Shown here piece by piece: positions 13,587 to 27,759 of a stretch of 64,000 nt of DNA. The notes beneath the pieces were generated by a model. That model worked only from the letters and a program-made list of their open reading frames with translations. It searched no databases and had not been told where the DNA came from. Numbering within the stretch: the stretch's first letter is position 1; each line of letters begins with the position of its first letter. Position numbers and translations under genes: made by a program. The DNA is taken from assembly GCF_009914755.1 (NCBI RefSeq), contig NC_060947.1, one strand, 5' to 3'. The stretch comes from the human T2T-CHM13v2.0 reference genome, Homo sapiens.

Positions 13587-14541
13587 AACCCACAGCCAAC
13601 ATTACACTGAACAGGCAAAAGCACTCCCCTTGAGAACTGGAACAAGACAAGGATGTCCACTGTCACCACTCCCATTCAACATAGTGATGGAAGTCCTAGT
13701 CAGAGCAATCAGGCAGGAGAAAAATAAAATGCATTCAAATAGCAAAGGAAGATGTCAAACTATCTCTCTTTGCTGACGATATGATTCTATACTTAGAAAA
13801 CCCTAATTACTCTGCTAACAGGCTCCTAGAAGTGATAAACAACTTCAGTAAAGTTTCAAGATACAAAATCAATGCACAAAAATTAATAGCATTTCTATAC
13901 ACCAATTAACATTCAAGCTGAGAACCAAATCAATAATGCAATCCCATTTATAATGGCCACAATAATAATAAAATACCTAGGAATACAGCTAACCAAGGAG
14001 GTGAAAATCCTCTACAAAAAGAAGTACAAAACACTGCTGAAATAAATCAGAGATGACACACATAAATGGAAAAACATCATGCTCGTGGATTGGAGGAAAT
14101 CAATATTGTCAAAACAGCCATACTGTGCAAAGCAAGGTACATTTTCAACGTTATTTCTATGAAACTACTAACACCATTTTTGACAAATAGAAAAAAAAAA
14201 CTATTCTAAAATTAATATGGAACCAGAAAAAGAGCCTGAATAGCCAAAACAGTACTAAGAAGAAGAAGAAAAAACTGGAGGCATCACATTACCTGATAGC
14301 AAACTATACTAAAAGGCTACAGTAACCAAAACAACATGGTACTGGTACAAAAAACAGACACATAGACTAATTGAACAGAACAGGGAACCCAGAAATAAAG
14401 CTGCACACATACAACCATCTGATCTTTGACAAAGTCAACAAAAATAAGCAATGGAGAAAGCACTTCCTATTCAGTAAATAGTGCTGGGATAACCGGCTAG
14501 CTATATGCAGAAGAATGATACTGGACCCCTACCTATCACCA
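13587..14541 (+). mobile_element. Inverted 5' segment (ORF2 RT region) of the same L1 insertion
   Basis: L1 ORF2 sense sequence including tttgctgacgatatg (FADD); ends at TSD copy cattattctgtatc. Confidence 0.88.
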
Positions 14542-15056
14542 TTATTCTGTATCTTTTAAATCTTGTGTTCTTAGGTTGTTACATATTTTGCCTGTTTTGC
14601 TTTGAAGTGTTTCAGCTTTCTGTACTTCTGTATGCGTTCTCTTCATTAAGTCTAAAATTTGCTTAAGGGTTAGGAGTACATAAACCCAGATAATTTATAG
14701 TACTACTTTGTTATGTCTTTTAACTAATCTAAAACAAGGCTGCTCCATCAACCGGTAATACTCATGCTAAACAAATTAAAGAATAAATAGAAAGTGGTAA
14801 GCTCAGGTATTTTTCTTGGAGCTTGTTCATAATGGAATAGAAATATATATTGGCAAGTATTCTGAGGAGTCAATATTGCAAAATGGAAAAAAGCACAGAT
14901 TTCAAAGTCAGTGATTTTAGTTCAAATCCAGTCATTGCCATTTTAAAGCTTTATACCTGAAGCAAGTATAATCAGTTAGGATTCATTTAGCTGCCAGTGA
15001 CAGGCAGCCACTTCAAAAATGGTTTACATAAAATGATAATTTATTGCATTATTTAT

Positions 15057-15530
15057 TTCTGTTGTTCATAAAATTATATATATTTAACATGTACAACATC
15101 GTGTTTTGATATACATGTACATAAGGATGATTATTATAGTCAAGCAAATGAACATATTTCCTCACATAGTTACCTTTTTATCATGCTAGCTTCTGAAAAC
15201 TATTCTTTTAGAGCATTTCCAGTGTATAATACAGTGTTACTAACTATAGTGATCATGCTGTATACTAGATCTTTAGAATTATGCATGCTACATAACTTCA
15301 ACTTTGTACCCTTTGATCAACATCTCACCGTTTTCCCCACCTCCCTGCCTCTGGTAACCACTCTTCTATTCTGTCTCTATGTATTTGATACTTTTAGATT
15401 TTACATATTTAAGTGAAACCATGCAGTATTTGTCTTTCTATGTCTGTCATAGTTCACTTAGAAAAATGTCCTACATTTTAATCCACGTTGAGGTAAATGG
15501 CAGGATTTCCTTCTTTTTTAAGACTGAGTA
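15057..15530 (-). mobile_element. L1MA9/10-like 3' end
   Basis: atatatttaacatgtacaacat...ctcacatagttacc...ctagatctttagaatt typical L1MA 3'UTR antisense. Confidence 0.8.
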
Positions 15531-15672
15531 GGAGAGGAGCCAAGATGGCCGAATGGGAACAGCTCCAGTCTACAGCTCCCAGCGTGAGCGACACAGAAGA
15601 CGGGTGATTTCTGCATTTCCATCTGAGGTACCAGGTTCATCTCACTAGGGAGTGCCAGACAGTGGGCGCAGG

Positions 15673-15981
15673 TCAGTGGGTGCGTGCACTGTGCGTGAGC
15701 CGAAGCGGGGCAAGGCATTGCCTCATTCGGGAAGCACGAGGGGTCAGGGAGTTCCCTTTCCTAGTCGAAGAAAGGGGTGACAGACGGCACCTGGAAAATC
15801 GGGTCACTACCACCTGAACACTGCGCTTTTCCGACGGGCTTAAAACACGGCGCACCAGGAGGTTATATCCCGCACCTGGCTCGGAGGGTGCTACACCCAC
15901 GGAGTCTCGCTGATTGCTAGCACAGCAGTCTGAGATCAAAATGCAAGGTGGCAGCGAGGCTGGGGGAGGGGCGCCCGCCAT
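15673..15981 (-). CDS. ORF0: L1 antisense ORF0 homologue, open for 102 codons
   Basis: MAGAPPPASLPPCILISDCCASNQRDSVGV matches the known primate L1 ORF0 N-terminus; ATG at 15981. Confidence 0.7.
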   Translation of the reverse strand: MAGAPPPASLPPCILISDCCASNQRDSVGVAPSEPGAGYNLLVRRVLSPSEKRSVQVVVTRFSRCRLSPLSSTRKGNSLTPRASRMRQCLAPLRLTHSARTH

Positions 15982-16432
15982 TGCCCAGGCTTGCTTTGGT
16001 AAACAAAGCAGCCAGGAAGCTCGAACTGGGTGGCGCCCACCACAGCTCAAGGAGGCCTGCCTGCCTCTGTAGGCTCCACCTCTGGGGGCAGGGCACAGAC
16101 AAACAAAAAGACAGCAGTAACCTCTGCAGACTTAAATGTCCCTGTCTGACAGCTTTGAAGAGAGCAGTGGTTCTCCCAGCATGCAGCTGGAGATCTGAGA
16201 ACGGGCAGACTGCCTCCTCAAGTGGGTCCCTGACTCCTGACCCCCGAGCAGCCTAACTGGGAGGCACCCCCCAGCAGGGGCACACTGACATCTCACACGG
16301 CCGGGTACTCCAACAGCCCTGCAGCTGAGGGTCCTGTCTGTTAGAAGGAAAACAAACAGAAAGGACATCCACACCAAAAACCCATCTGTACATCACCATC
16401 ATCAAAGACCAAAAGTAGATAAAACCACAAAG

Positions 16433-17446
16433 ATGGGGAAAAAACAGAGCAGAAAAACTGGAAACTCTAAAAAGCAGAGCTCCTCTCCTCCTCCAAAGGA
16501 ACGCAGTTCCTCACCAGCAACGGAACAAAACTGGATGGAGAATGACTTTGACGAGCTGAGAGAAGGCTTCAGACGATCAAATTACTCCGAGCTACGGGAG
16601 GACATTCAAACCAAAGGCAAAGAAGTTGAAAACTTTGAAAAAAATTTAGAAGAATGTATAACTAGAATAACCAATAGAGAGAAGTGCTTAAAGGAGCTGA
16701 TGGAGCTGAAAACCAAGGCTCGAGAACTACGTGAAGAATGCAGAAGCCTCAGGAGCCGATGCGATCAACTGGAAGAAAGGGTATCAGTGATGGTAGATGA
16801 AATGAATGAAATGATGTGAGAAGGGAAGTTTAGAGAAAAAAGAATAAAAAGAAACGAGCAAAGCTTCCAAGAAATATGGGACTATGTGAAAAGACCAAAT
16901 CTACGTCTGATTGGTGTACCTGAAAGTGATGGGGAGAATGGAACCAAGTTGGAAAACACTCTGCAGGATATTATCCAGGAGAACTTCCCCAATCTAGCAA
17001 GGCGGGTCAACATTCAGATTCAGGAAATACAGAGAACGCCACAAAGATACTCCTCGAGAAGAGCAACTCCAAGACACATAATTGTCAGATTCACCAAAGT
17101 TGAAATGAAGGAAAAAATGTTAAGGGCAGCCAGAGAGAAAGGTCAGGTTACCCTCAAAGGGAAGCCCATCAGACTAACAGCGGATCTCTTGGCAGAAACT
17201 CTACAAGCCAGAAGAGAGTGAGGGCCAATATTCAACATTCTTAAAGAAAGGAATTTTCAACCCAGAATTTCCTATCCAGCCAAACTAAGCTTCATAAGTG
17301 AAGGAGAAATAAAATACTTTACAGACAAGCAAATGCTGAGAGATTTTGTCACCACTAGGCCTGCCCTAAAAGAGCTCTAGAAGGAAGCGCTAAACATGGA
17401 AAGGAACAACCAGTACCAGCCGCTGCAAAATCATGCCAAAATGTAA
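16433..17446 (+). pseudogene. L1 ORF1p (p40), disrupted by nonsense codons
   Basis: MGKKQSRK..., RPNLRLIGVPE; stops at ~16817, ~17219 and ~17378. Confidence 0.95.
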
Positions 17447-17494
17447 AGACCATCGAGACTAGGAAGAAACTGCATCAACTAACGAGCAAAATAA

Positions 17495-19411
<1,917 letters not shown>

Positions 19412-20199
19412 ATTTATTGCTTTATTTATATGAGAAATATATGAGTAGGACTGGCTGCAAACATAGTCTGAGCCAGAGATTAAACTGTGGTAATGGATTG
19501 CTTTTTTTTTTTCCTGCATTATTTCAATTCCTCATTCCAATTCATTGACTATGCCACTTTTGGAAGATTTAATTTTCTAGCTGACATTTTCCATGGGGTT
19601 TCTGGTTGCTAGCTCTCTAGGCTTATAACCTCAGAGTTAACAGTTCCAGCAGAAGAGAGTTCTCATTGCCACAAGTTCTGCAAAATGTCCTGGAATTGTC
19701 TTTTTGGCTTAATTGGACCAAATGTTCATCTCTGAACAGGTGTCAAAGCCCATACACGTGGCATATGCTGATCAGCCAGGCCTGGGTCACATGTCCTTGC
19801 CTGGAGCTGGGGTAGTCTAGAATGTGAAGCGGTGGTTCTCTGTAGAACAAAAGAAGTGCTGTTATCAAATGTAGAATGGGTCTTGAACAGGTAGAAGAAG
19901 CATATTTCCTTACATCACATATAAACCAACTGCCCAAATACTTTGTAAAGAAATGAATCTTTGGGAGCCTCAAGGTTTTTTCCTAAATGTATGATAATCT
20001 ATCTATGATAGTCTAATGTCACTATGCCTACTTTGAAAGGTAAAGAATACATGGAATACTGACTAAAGTGTTCAGTGCATTTCCTGACACACTGTCTTGG
20101 TATTATCTGCTTTTGCATCAGATTGGATTTAGAAGACTGGCAACAATTAAACTACCAAGTCCATTATTTGGCTCATTTAATGGCTAAATAATGCAAGTT

Positions 20200-20503
20200 G
20201 GCTGAGCACGGTGGCTCACGCCTGTAATCCCAACATTTTGGGCGGCCGAGGCAGGCAGATCACTTGAAGTCAGGGGATCGAAACCAGCCTGGACAACATG
20301 GTGAAACCTTGTCTCTACTAAAAATACAAAAATTAGCCTGGCATGGTGGTGCATGCCTGTAGTCCCAGCTACTCAGGAGGCTGAGACAGGAGAATCGCCT
20401 GAACCCAGGAGGCAGAGGTTGCGGTGAGTCGAGATCACGTCACTGCACTCCAGCCTGGGCAATAGAGCAAGAGTGTGTCTCTAAATAAATAAATAAATAA
20501 AAA
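20200..20503 (+). mobile_element. Alu (AluS)
   Basis: Full dimeric Alu with (TAAA)n tail. Confidence 0.95.
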
Positions 20504-21391
20504 CAAGGTTAAGAAGTAGTTCATTCTTCCTCAGTTGATTCAAACTTGTCCGAATAGACAATTTTCTTGGTTTATAAATGTATTACATAATTTTAAATTC
20601 AGCGTGCCCTTGTAGAAGGCACTTAGTTGTCAAAGACACATCTATATGTCCTTTCTCCAAGAGCTTTCATTTATTTTATTTTCAAAATATCTATTAAAGG
20701 AAATAAAATTGCTTAGAGACTTAACATGGTCTTCATCAAATGTTTCCAGTGCTGTGCTTTTGCACTAAATGTTCAAATAACTGGTCATAGAAATATGCCT
20801 ATGCTGATAATCCTTATTGGTGCTCATTTCTAAACATCTGATGTCAAAACATCTCCTTAGAATATGATCTGATCTAAATAAATTAGATACGCTAAAATTA
20901 TGATACATATTAATATGTTATAATTTTGCTACAGTGAGCATGATATAAATAGGCTCATTGTTTTACCTTTTCGATCAATGTAAATACAGGATACATGCTG
21001 TTTTCTCTGAACTATATTTATGTATATATTATCTATATTTTTGTTTACTAGCTACTGAGTAAAAATGTCATTCTTAACCTGTTTTCAGTAAGGTATGAGC
21101 TTGGAGTTGTTATTACAGGTTTGAAGACAGACTGTGCTGATGTATTTTGACACTCTTTTACCCACTGTTTGATTTTTTAATCAAGAGAACACATTTTCGA
21201 GACGGGTGCTGGTGGTAAAATGTAGGTTGTAGTGACACAAGAAATTTCAGAATAGTATACCCAAATAAAATGTGAACTCTTATTCATAGGATAATTGGCA
21301 CTTTTCTATAACCAGCTAAACTAATACCAGAGTTTGAATGCTATAGACCCTCCTACATATCCTTCTGTTGCCTGCATAGTCTCTTGTAGCC

Positions 21392-21780
21392 TCTCTTAAC
21401 CCATTTTTTTTTGTTGCTATAAAGGAATACATGAGTGAGTAATTTATAAAAGAAGAGGTTTATTTGTCTCACAGTTCTGCAGGTTGTACAAGAAGTATGG
21501 CACTAGCATCTGCTTCTGGTGAGGGCTTCAGGCTGCCTGCAGTCATGGCAGAAGTGGAAGGGTAGTAGGTATCATGTGGCAAGAGAGAGGGAGAGAGAGG
21601 AGGAAGTGCCAGACCCTTTGTAACAATCAGTTCTCACAGGAACTATAGAGCAAGAACTCACTCATTACTTTGAGAATGGCACCCCCATGATCCAAACACC
21701 CCCAATAAGGCCCCACCTCCAACATTGAGGATCAAATTTCAACATGAGATTTGGAGGGAACAAATATTAGAACTATATCT
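21392..21780 (-). mobile_element. MSTA/MSTB solo LTR
   Basis: gtacaagaagtatggcactagcatctgcttctggtgagggc...aaatttcaacatgagatttgg. Confidence 0.85.
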
Positions 21781-22249
21781 TTGCCTTCCTTTCACAGCCA
21801 TAGGTGTGAAAATGAACGAGCTCTACAAAGGAAGGCAAAGATCTACTTTACATGCTAATGGAATTGTGGGTTGTAGTTGGCTCAGTGAAAATGTGTGCTA
21901 CTTTCATTCATTGAACTCATTGCTTTTCAACATAGTCCATATTTTCATGTGTGTCTTTATTGCCTATCACCCTTACTGGAATGTTATGTGGTCAGATATG
22001 TTTTTCTGAGTAATTGACTGCAAGATCTTCAACCTCTAAAATAGTGCCTGGTGTATAATAGGCGGCCAATGAATATTTTCACTGAATTATAATTCAGTGA
22101 TTATTATGTACCAATACTCAGGTTGTGGGAGGGACTCTGTGGAAAGATGTCCAACAGTGGTGAATTGTGCTGAAGCTTGGTAAAGAAGTCAATGGCAGAG
22201 ATAAAGATATAGAGGTTAACTTTATAGAGATAAGACTGAAGGCACAAGA

Positions 22250-22690
22250 CTGAAAATGACAAACTTATACATCCCCTAGCATTGTCTAGTATGTTTAAAC
22301 TTTAACAAATGAATGCATCATAACACATAAAATCCTCTGCAAAGAAAAGAAAGTGTTTTTGTAAATCCAACATAGATACTTGACTAATCTTTGTAGAGTA
22401 GAGCTGTTATCATTGACCCATCTTCCCTTGAAATGTCTTTTTTCCCATTGCTGTTGGAAATGTTTTTTTTCCATTTTTATTGTCTCAAAAGTATACAATA
22501 AACTTTTTCAGAGAACATGGAAAGTTTGCTTACATATTCTAGTGTTATGTTGTTTAAAATCTTGTCAGTTATAACCTTAATACCATAAATGTTTATGGAT
22601 ACAGCCCATATAAACAAAAACCTTTTGGGATCCTCAATAAATTTTTAGAGTATAAACGACTCCTGAGACGAGAAAATTTGAGAACTGCTG
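22250..22690. mobile_element. hAT-Charlie (Charlie1-like) DNA transposon fragment
   Basis: cataaacaaaaaccttttgggatcctcaataaa...tcctgagacgagaaaatttgagaactgctg terminal motif. Confidence 0.6.
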
Positions 22691-22739
22691 CCATTTGGCT
22701 TATAATGCTTCTACCTTCTATTCCCCTCCACTCTTTCCT

Positions 22740-23500
22740 TCCTTAGACTTTACTGTCAAGTGTTTCTAATCTATTGGAATTTCTCTGAACCTTCCTTAAT
22801 TTATTATATTGCTTCAGATACCTGCATATATGTTTTGCTTTCTTCTTGGAATGCCCCTTTTCACTTTCTTTACTCGTTAAACTTCTGTTCATTCTTAAAA
22901 GCTCAATTCTGGAATTGCGTGTTCTATGGTGCTTTCCTAGAATTTTCCTGGCAGACTTAGGTGCTCTGTCCATGATGCTAAGATAGCATCTCCTGCATTC
23001 TTCAATGATAGTATGTATGATACTTTATTGGAATGACTTTTTGTATATGTGTTAGTATCCCAAGAAAATTCTTTGAGGATATGAACTATGTTTTTAAAGA
23101 ATGTTTTCCCCAAGGAACAGCATATTGCTTTCCACATAACCAGTGCACAATAAACATTTATTGAATTTATAATAAAAAACATATCTAATATTTATGGAGC
23201 ACTTATTTGCAGGTATCGTTCTATGTACTCTAATATCGTTCTATGTATCTCAAATTAATCCTTACCTCATGAGGTAAGTACAGTTTTCATGTAAAGGAAT
23301 AATAACATGATATATAACAAGGCTCAATAAATGTTATTACTATTATAGTCATTATCATAATCATCCCCAAGTTGGATTAAAAAAACTAAACACAGATCAA
23401 TTAATTAACTTGCACAAAGTTACACAGATATTAAGTGGCATAACTTTGGATCCTGGAAGTGTGGCTCTAGTACCAAGGCTCTGAACCACTGTACTTATAC
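22740..23500. mobile_element. L2 and MIR fragments
   Basis: caataaacatttattgaat L2 end; taacttgcacaaagttacacag MIR core. Confidence 0.55.
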
Positions 23501-24639
23501 TGATTGTGTATAAACAAGTGAATAATGGTGCATAAAAACAATTATGGAGATATCCCCATGGTTTGACAAGTCCAAATTTAACTAATCTATTTCTAGAGAA
23601 AGTGCTGCAGCCTCTTTAGCCAGAAAAGGATGGAAAAAAGTCATTAAGATCCTGTGAGGTGAAGAATAGTGATATATTATGGGGAAGGAGGTGACAGCTT
23701 AATACGAGATTTACCACAAGAGAATCAGTTGAAATGAAAATCTGCAGCATTTGCATAGAATCTGACAAAGGGTCAAGTAGGAAATAACCAGTTGCTTTAT
23801 TTTGGGGAACAGGGAAATAAATACATGATATCATTATATCTTGAGAGTTTGAAACATTGTCCAACCTGTTGCCTCATGACCATGGGCAGCAGATGGCTCT
23901 TATCCTGGAGCAACCTAAGAATCAAGATAGAAAGAACAAATTCAACAGTGAGGAGATCAAGTTTGGACTAAGCACTGTTTTGCAGACGTTGCTGGGCTCA
24001 ATGCTTGTAAACGAACTGCATAGGCATGTTTATTAATAGGACAATCAAGTTATATCAAGAATTAAAGACACATATGTGTAACATATAAACGGGGTTAACA
24101 ATAATAATATGAGGTATTAGTAGGTTGAAGTGGCTTTCAGCTGTTCCTCAGAAGTATAGAGGCCCTGTAAAACCCTTTCAAAAGCTGTCAAAGTTGGGAG
24201 GGGTGACTGGACAGCGCTTCAAACCACATACTTCCACAGTAACCGAAGGATCTCTGCCTTTATCTTCTCATATAATGGGTTTTTACATATTTCAGTTGAC
24301 CAGAATGGTCTTCCTGCAGCTAAAGTTACTTTCAAAATCATTTAGCTTTAGTCACTGAGTGCTTTCACATAACTTTTTGGTAATTGTCTTAGCTACTCCT
24401 TTCATAGTTGAGAAAACAGATCAGAGAAGTGGGATAATTTGCATAGGATCACAGACTAGTACATTGTGGAGCTGGGGCTCAAACACAATGTGTTAAATTC
24501 CAAGTGCAGTTATTTTTCTGTAACACCAGTGATGGCTACCTATGGTGGAGTATGTTTAACATTTAAGGGGAGTGTGGATATAAGGACCGAAGGGAAGAAC
24601 ACAATGCATAGTCTTGGCCCCAGAGTAGGTTCTGTTGAC

Positions 24640-26429
24640 TCCCATAACTATATCTACCCATCTACCAGAATCTGAACTTATATACTTCACTGTCCTGTTT
24701 TTAGAATAAATAATAACATATACTCTCTGTACTCCTAATAAAATCAGACTCTTTACTTTTGCACTAGATCCTAACCATTTTCACTTACTCTAGAACATTA
24801 CTTCAGCAATTATCTTGTCTCTTTCCAACATCATCACTTTTTCTTTTAACTTGATTATTCCTCTCAGTATACAAATATACTCTGTTTCTCCCATGTTAAA
24901 AGAAACCATTCTCTTGACTTCACACCTCTTTTCTCCACTAACTTGTACCTGATTTCTGTGTTTTCTTTTGCCTCAAAACTCCTTAAATTTGTCTGTACAT
25001 GGTCTTCAAATCCTCTTCTCCCATTTCCTTTTAACCCATTTCAATAAGGCTATTCCTTCCATGACTCCACTGGTACTATTGTTGTAAAGGTCATTGATGA
25101 CTTTCATTTTCATAGATACAGAGGTCAATTTTCATCTCTTATGTTACTTGTTTCAGTAACAGCAATTTACCCTTCTTGATACACATCTATTGTTTGGCTT
25201 CCAGGAAACTACACTCTGTTCCTTAGTACCTCATTGGTCATCTGTCTCTGTCTCCTTTGTTTATCCCTTCTATCCTTTTCTTCATGGCATCATAATGTAG
25301 TAATGCCCTTGGACTTAATCTCAGGACCTCTATTTTGTCTACACGCATCCCTTTATTGATCTCATTTAGTTTCACAACTTCAACTGCCATCTATGGGCCA
25401 AATACAATAATATATACTTCTTCACTCCACACCTCTGCCTCAAACTGTAAACTTACATATTCAACTGTTTACCTAATGTGTCTACTTTAATAACTAATAG
25501 GCATCTCAAATGTAACTTGTCCTAAACTGAACTCCTGATACCCCCCCCACACACCCAATATCTTTCCTCTCTCAGTAAATGGCAATTCCATCTGCTCAGT
25601 TGCTTAGATGAACAACTTGCAAACATTCTTGATTGCCTTATTTAACAGACCACATTCAATAATTCAGGAAATGCTGTCAGCCTTACATTCAAAACATCAC
25701 CAGAATCCAATTACTTCTTCAAATCTCCTCTGCTATTATTGTTGTCTGAACCACCATCAGTTCTCACATGGATTATTTCAGTAGTCTCCTTTCTGGTGTC
25801 TCTGGCTTGCATTCTTGCCACTGTATAATATATTATCAATACAATAGCCAGATAATTATATTAAATTATAAGCCAAATAATATCTTTCTTCTATTCAAAA
25901 CCCTCCAGTGCATTGCCATCTCTCAGTGTAAAATCCAAAGTCCTTATAATGACTTATAAAGCTCTACTTGAAATGCTCCTGTCTGTCCCATAGTTGATCT
26001 TTTCCTTCTCTCTCCTCATCAGTCCTTCTTTTCCAGACATACTGGTTGCCCTGCTCTTCCTTGAGCACACTGAACCAAGCTAGCTTTTGTATTTGCTGTT
26101 CCCTCTTTTTAGAATATTGTTCCCCAAATATCTAATGAGGCTTACCTTGTTGTTTCCTAAAAATCTCAATGAGGACTACCCTGTTCACCTCATTTATATT
26201 TGCAGCTCACTTCCTCTCCACTTGTAATTTCCTTCATCTATATTTTATTTGTACATATTACTTTTAACATTATATAAGTTATCTGCATTATGTTTATTGT
26301 TTATTGTCTATTTGTTCCCGACAGAAGATAAGCTATATGTGGCAGGAATTTTTGTTGTTGCATTCATGCTAAATCCCCAGTACCTGGAACGTAATAGGAA
26401 CTCAATAAATATTAGATAAATGAATGAAT
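24640..26429 (+). mobile_element. L2a LINE, ~1.8-kb 3' portion
   Basis: Pyrimidine-rich L2 ORF2 relic ending ctcaataaatattagataaatgaatgaat. Confidence 0.85.
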
Positions 26430-26513
26430 CTGGAAAGGCAAATAAAAATAAGCTAAAGTATGGCACAGAGTCTTACATATGGTAGGCACACAAATAGTCA
26501 CTTACCCTTTTAA

Positions 26514-26810
26514 TTTTTTTTTTTTTTTTGAGACGGAGTCTCGCTCTGTCATCCAGGCTGGAGTGCAGTGGTGTGATCTCTGCTCACTGAAAGCTCCACC
26601 TCCCGGGTTCACGCCATTCTCCTGCCTCAGCCTCCCTAGTAGCTGGGACTACAGGCACCCGCCACCACACCCAGCTAATTTTTTGGATTTTTAGTAGAGA
26701 CGGGGTTTCACCATGTTAGCCAGGATGGTCTCAATCTCCTGACCTTGTGATCTGCCAGCCTTGGCCTCCCAAAGTGCTGGGATTACAGGCGTGAGCCACC
26801 GCACCCGGCC
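26514..26810 (-). mobile_element. AluY
   Basis: AluY diagnostics (aagctcc, ttcacgccattc, ttagccaggatggtc); TSD cccttttaattttt on both sides. Confidence 0.95.
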
Positions 26811-27759
26811 TGCCCTTTTAATTTTTAAAAATTACTTCATGCAATGAGAACACAACATGAAATCTGTCTTCTTAACACTTTATTAAGTATACAGTATGGC
26901 ATTGTTGACTATGGGTTCAATATTGTACATCAGATCTCTAGAACTTATTCATTATGCTTAACAGAAATTGTATGCCAGTTGATTAGTAACTCTCCATTTC
27001 CTTCATTCTCTAGCTTCTGGCAACTACTATTCCATTTTTTGACTCTTATGACATTGACTATTTTAGATACCTCATATAAGTGCAATCATGCATGTTTATC
27101 CTTCTGTGACTAGTTTTATTCAAACAGCATAATGTTCTCAAAGTTCACCCATGTTGTTGTATATTGCAGAATTTCATTTTTTAAGGCTGAATAATATTCC
27201 AATGTATGTATGTGATGGTTAATACTGAGTGTCAACTCGATTGGATTAAAAGATAAAAAATATTGATTCTGGGTGTGTCTGTTAGGGTGTTGCCAAAGGA
27301 GATTAACATTTGAGTCAGTGGGCTGGAAAAGGCAGACCCACCCTTAATCTGAGCGGGGCACAATCTAATCAGCTGCCAGCACTACTAGAATATAAGCAGG
27401 CAGAGAAATGTGAAAAGAGAGACTGGACTAGCCTCCAAGCCTACATCTTTCTCTCATGCTGGATGCTTCCTGCTTTAGAACATGGGACTCCATGTTCTTC
27501 TGTTTTGGAACTCGGACTGGCTATCCTTGCTCCTCAGCCTGCAGACAGCCTATTTTGGGAACTTGTGATCATGTGAGTTAATACTTAGTAAGCTTTATAT
27601 ATATTATATACATATATTAGTTGTGTCCCTCTAGAGAACCCTGACTAACACAGATTTTGGTACTAGAAGTGGTTCTAGAGGAGCAGAATATTAAGGATGC
27701 AGTTCTTTTGTTGGTTTTGGGGTTTCTGTAGTTGGCTGCTTAATATAATTAGAGCCAAA

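Noticed and set aside
20200-26810. Inverted Alu pair as a dsRNA/circRNA driver (also 41042/48577)
   Set aside because: More than 6 kb apart with no supported exon between them
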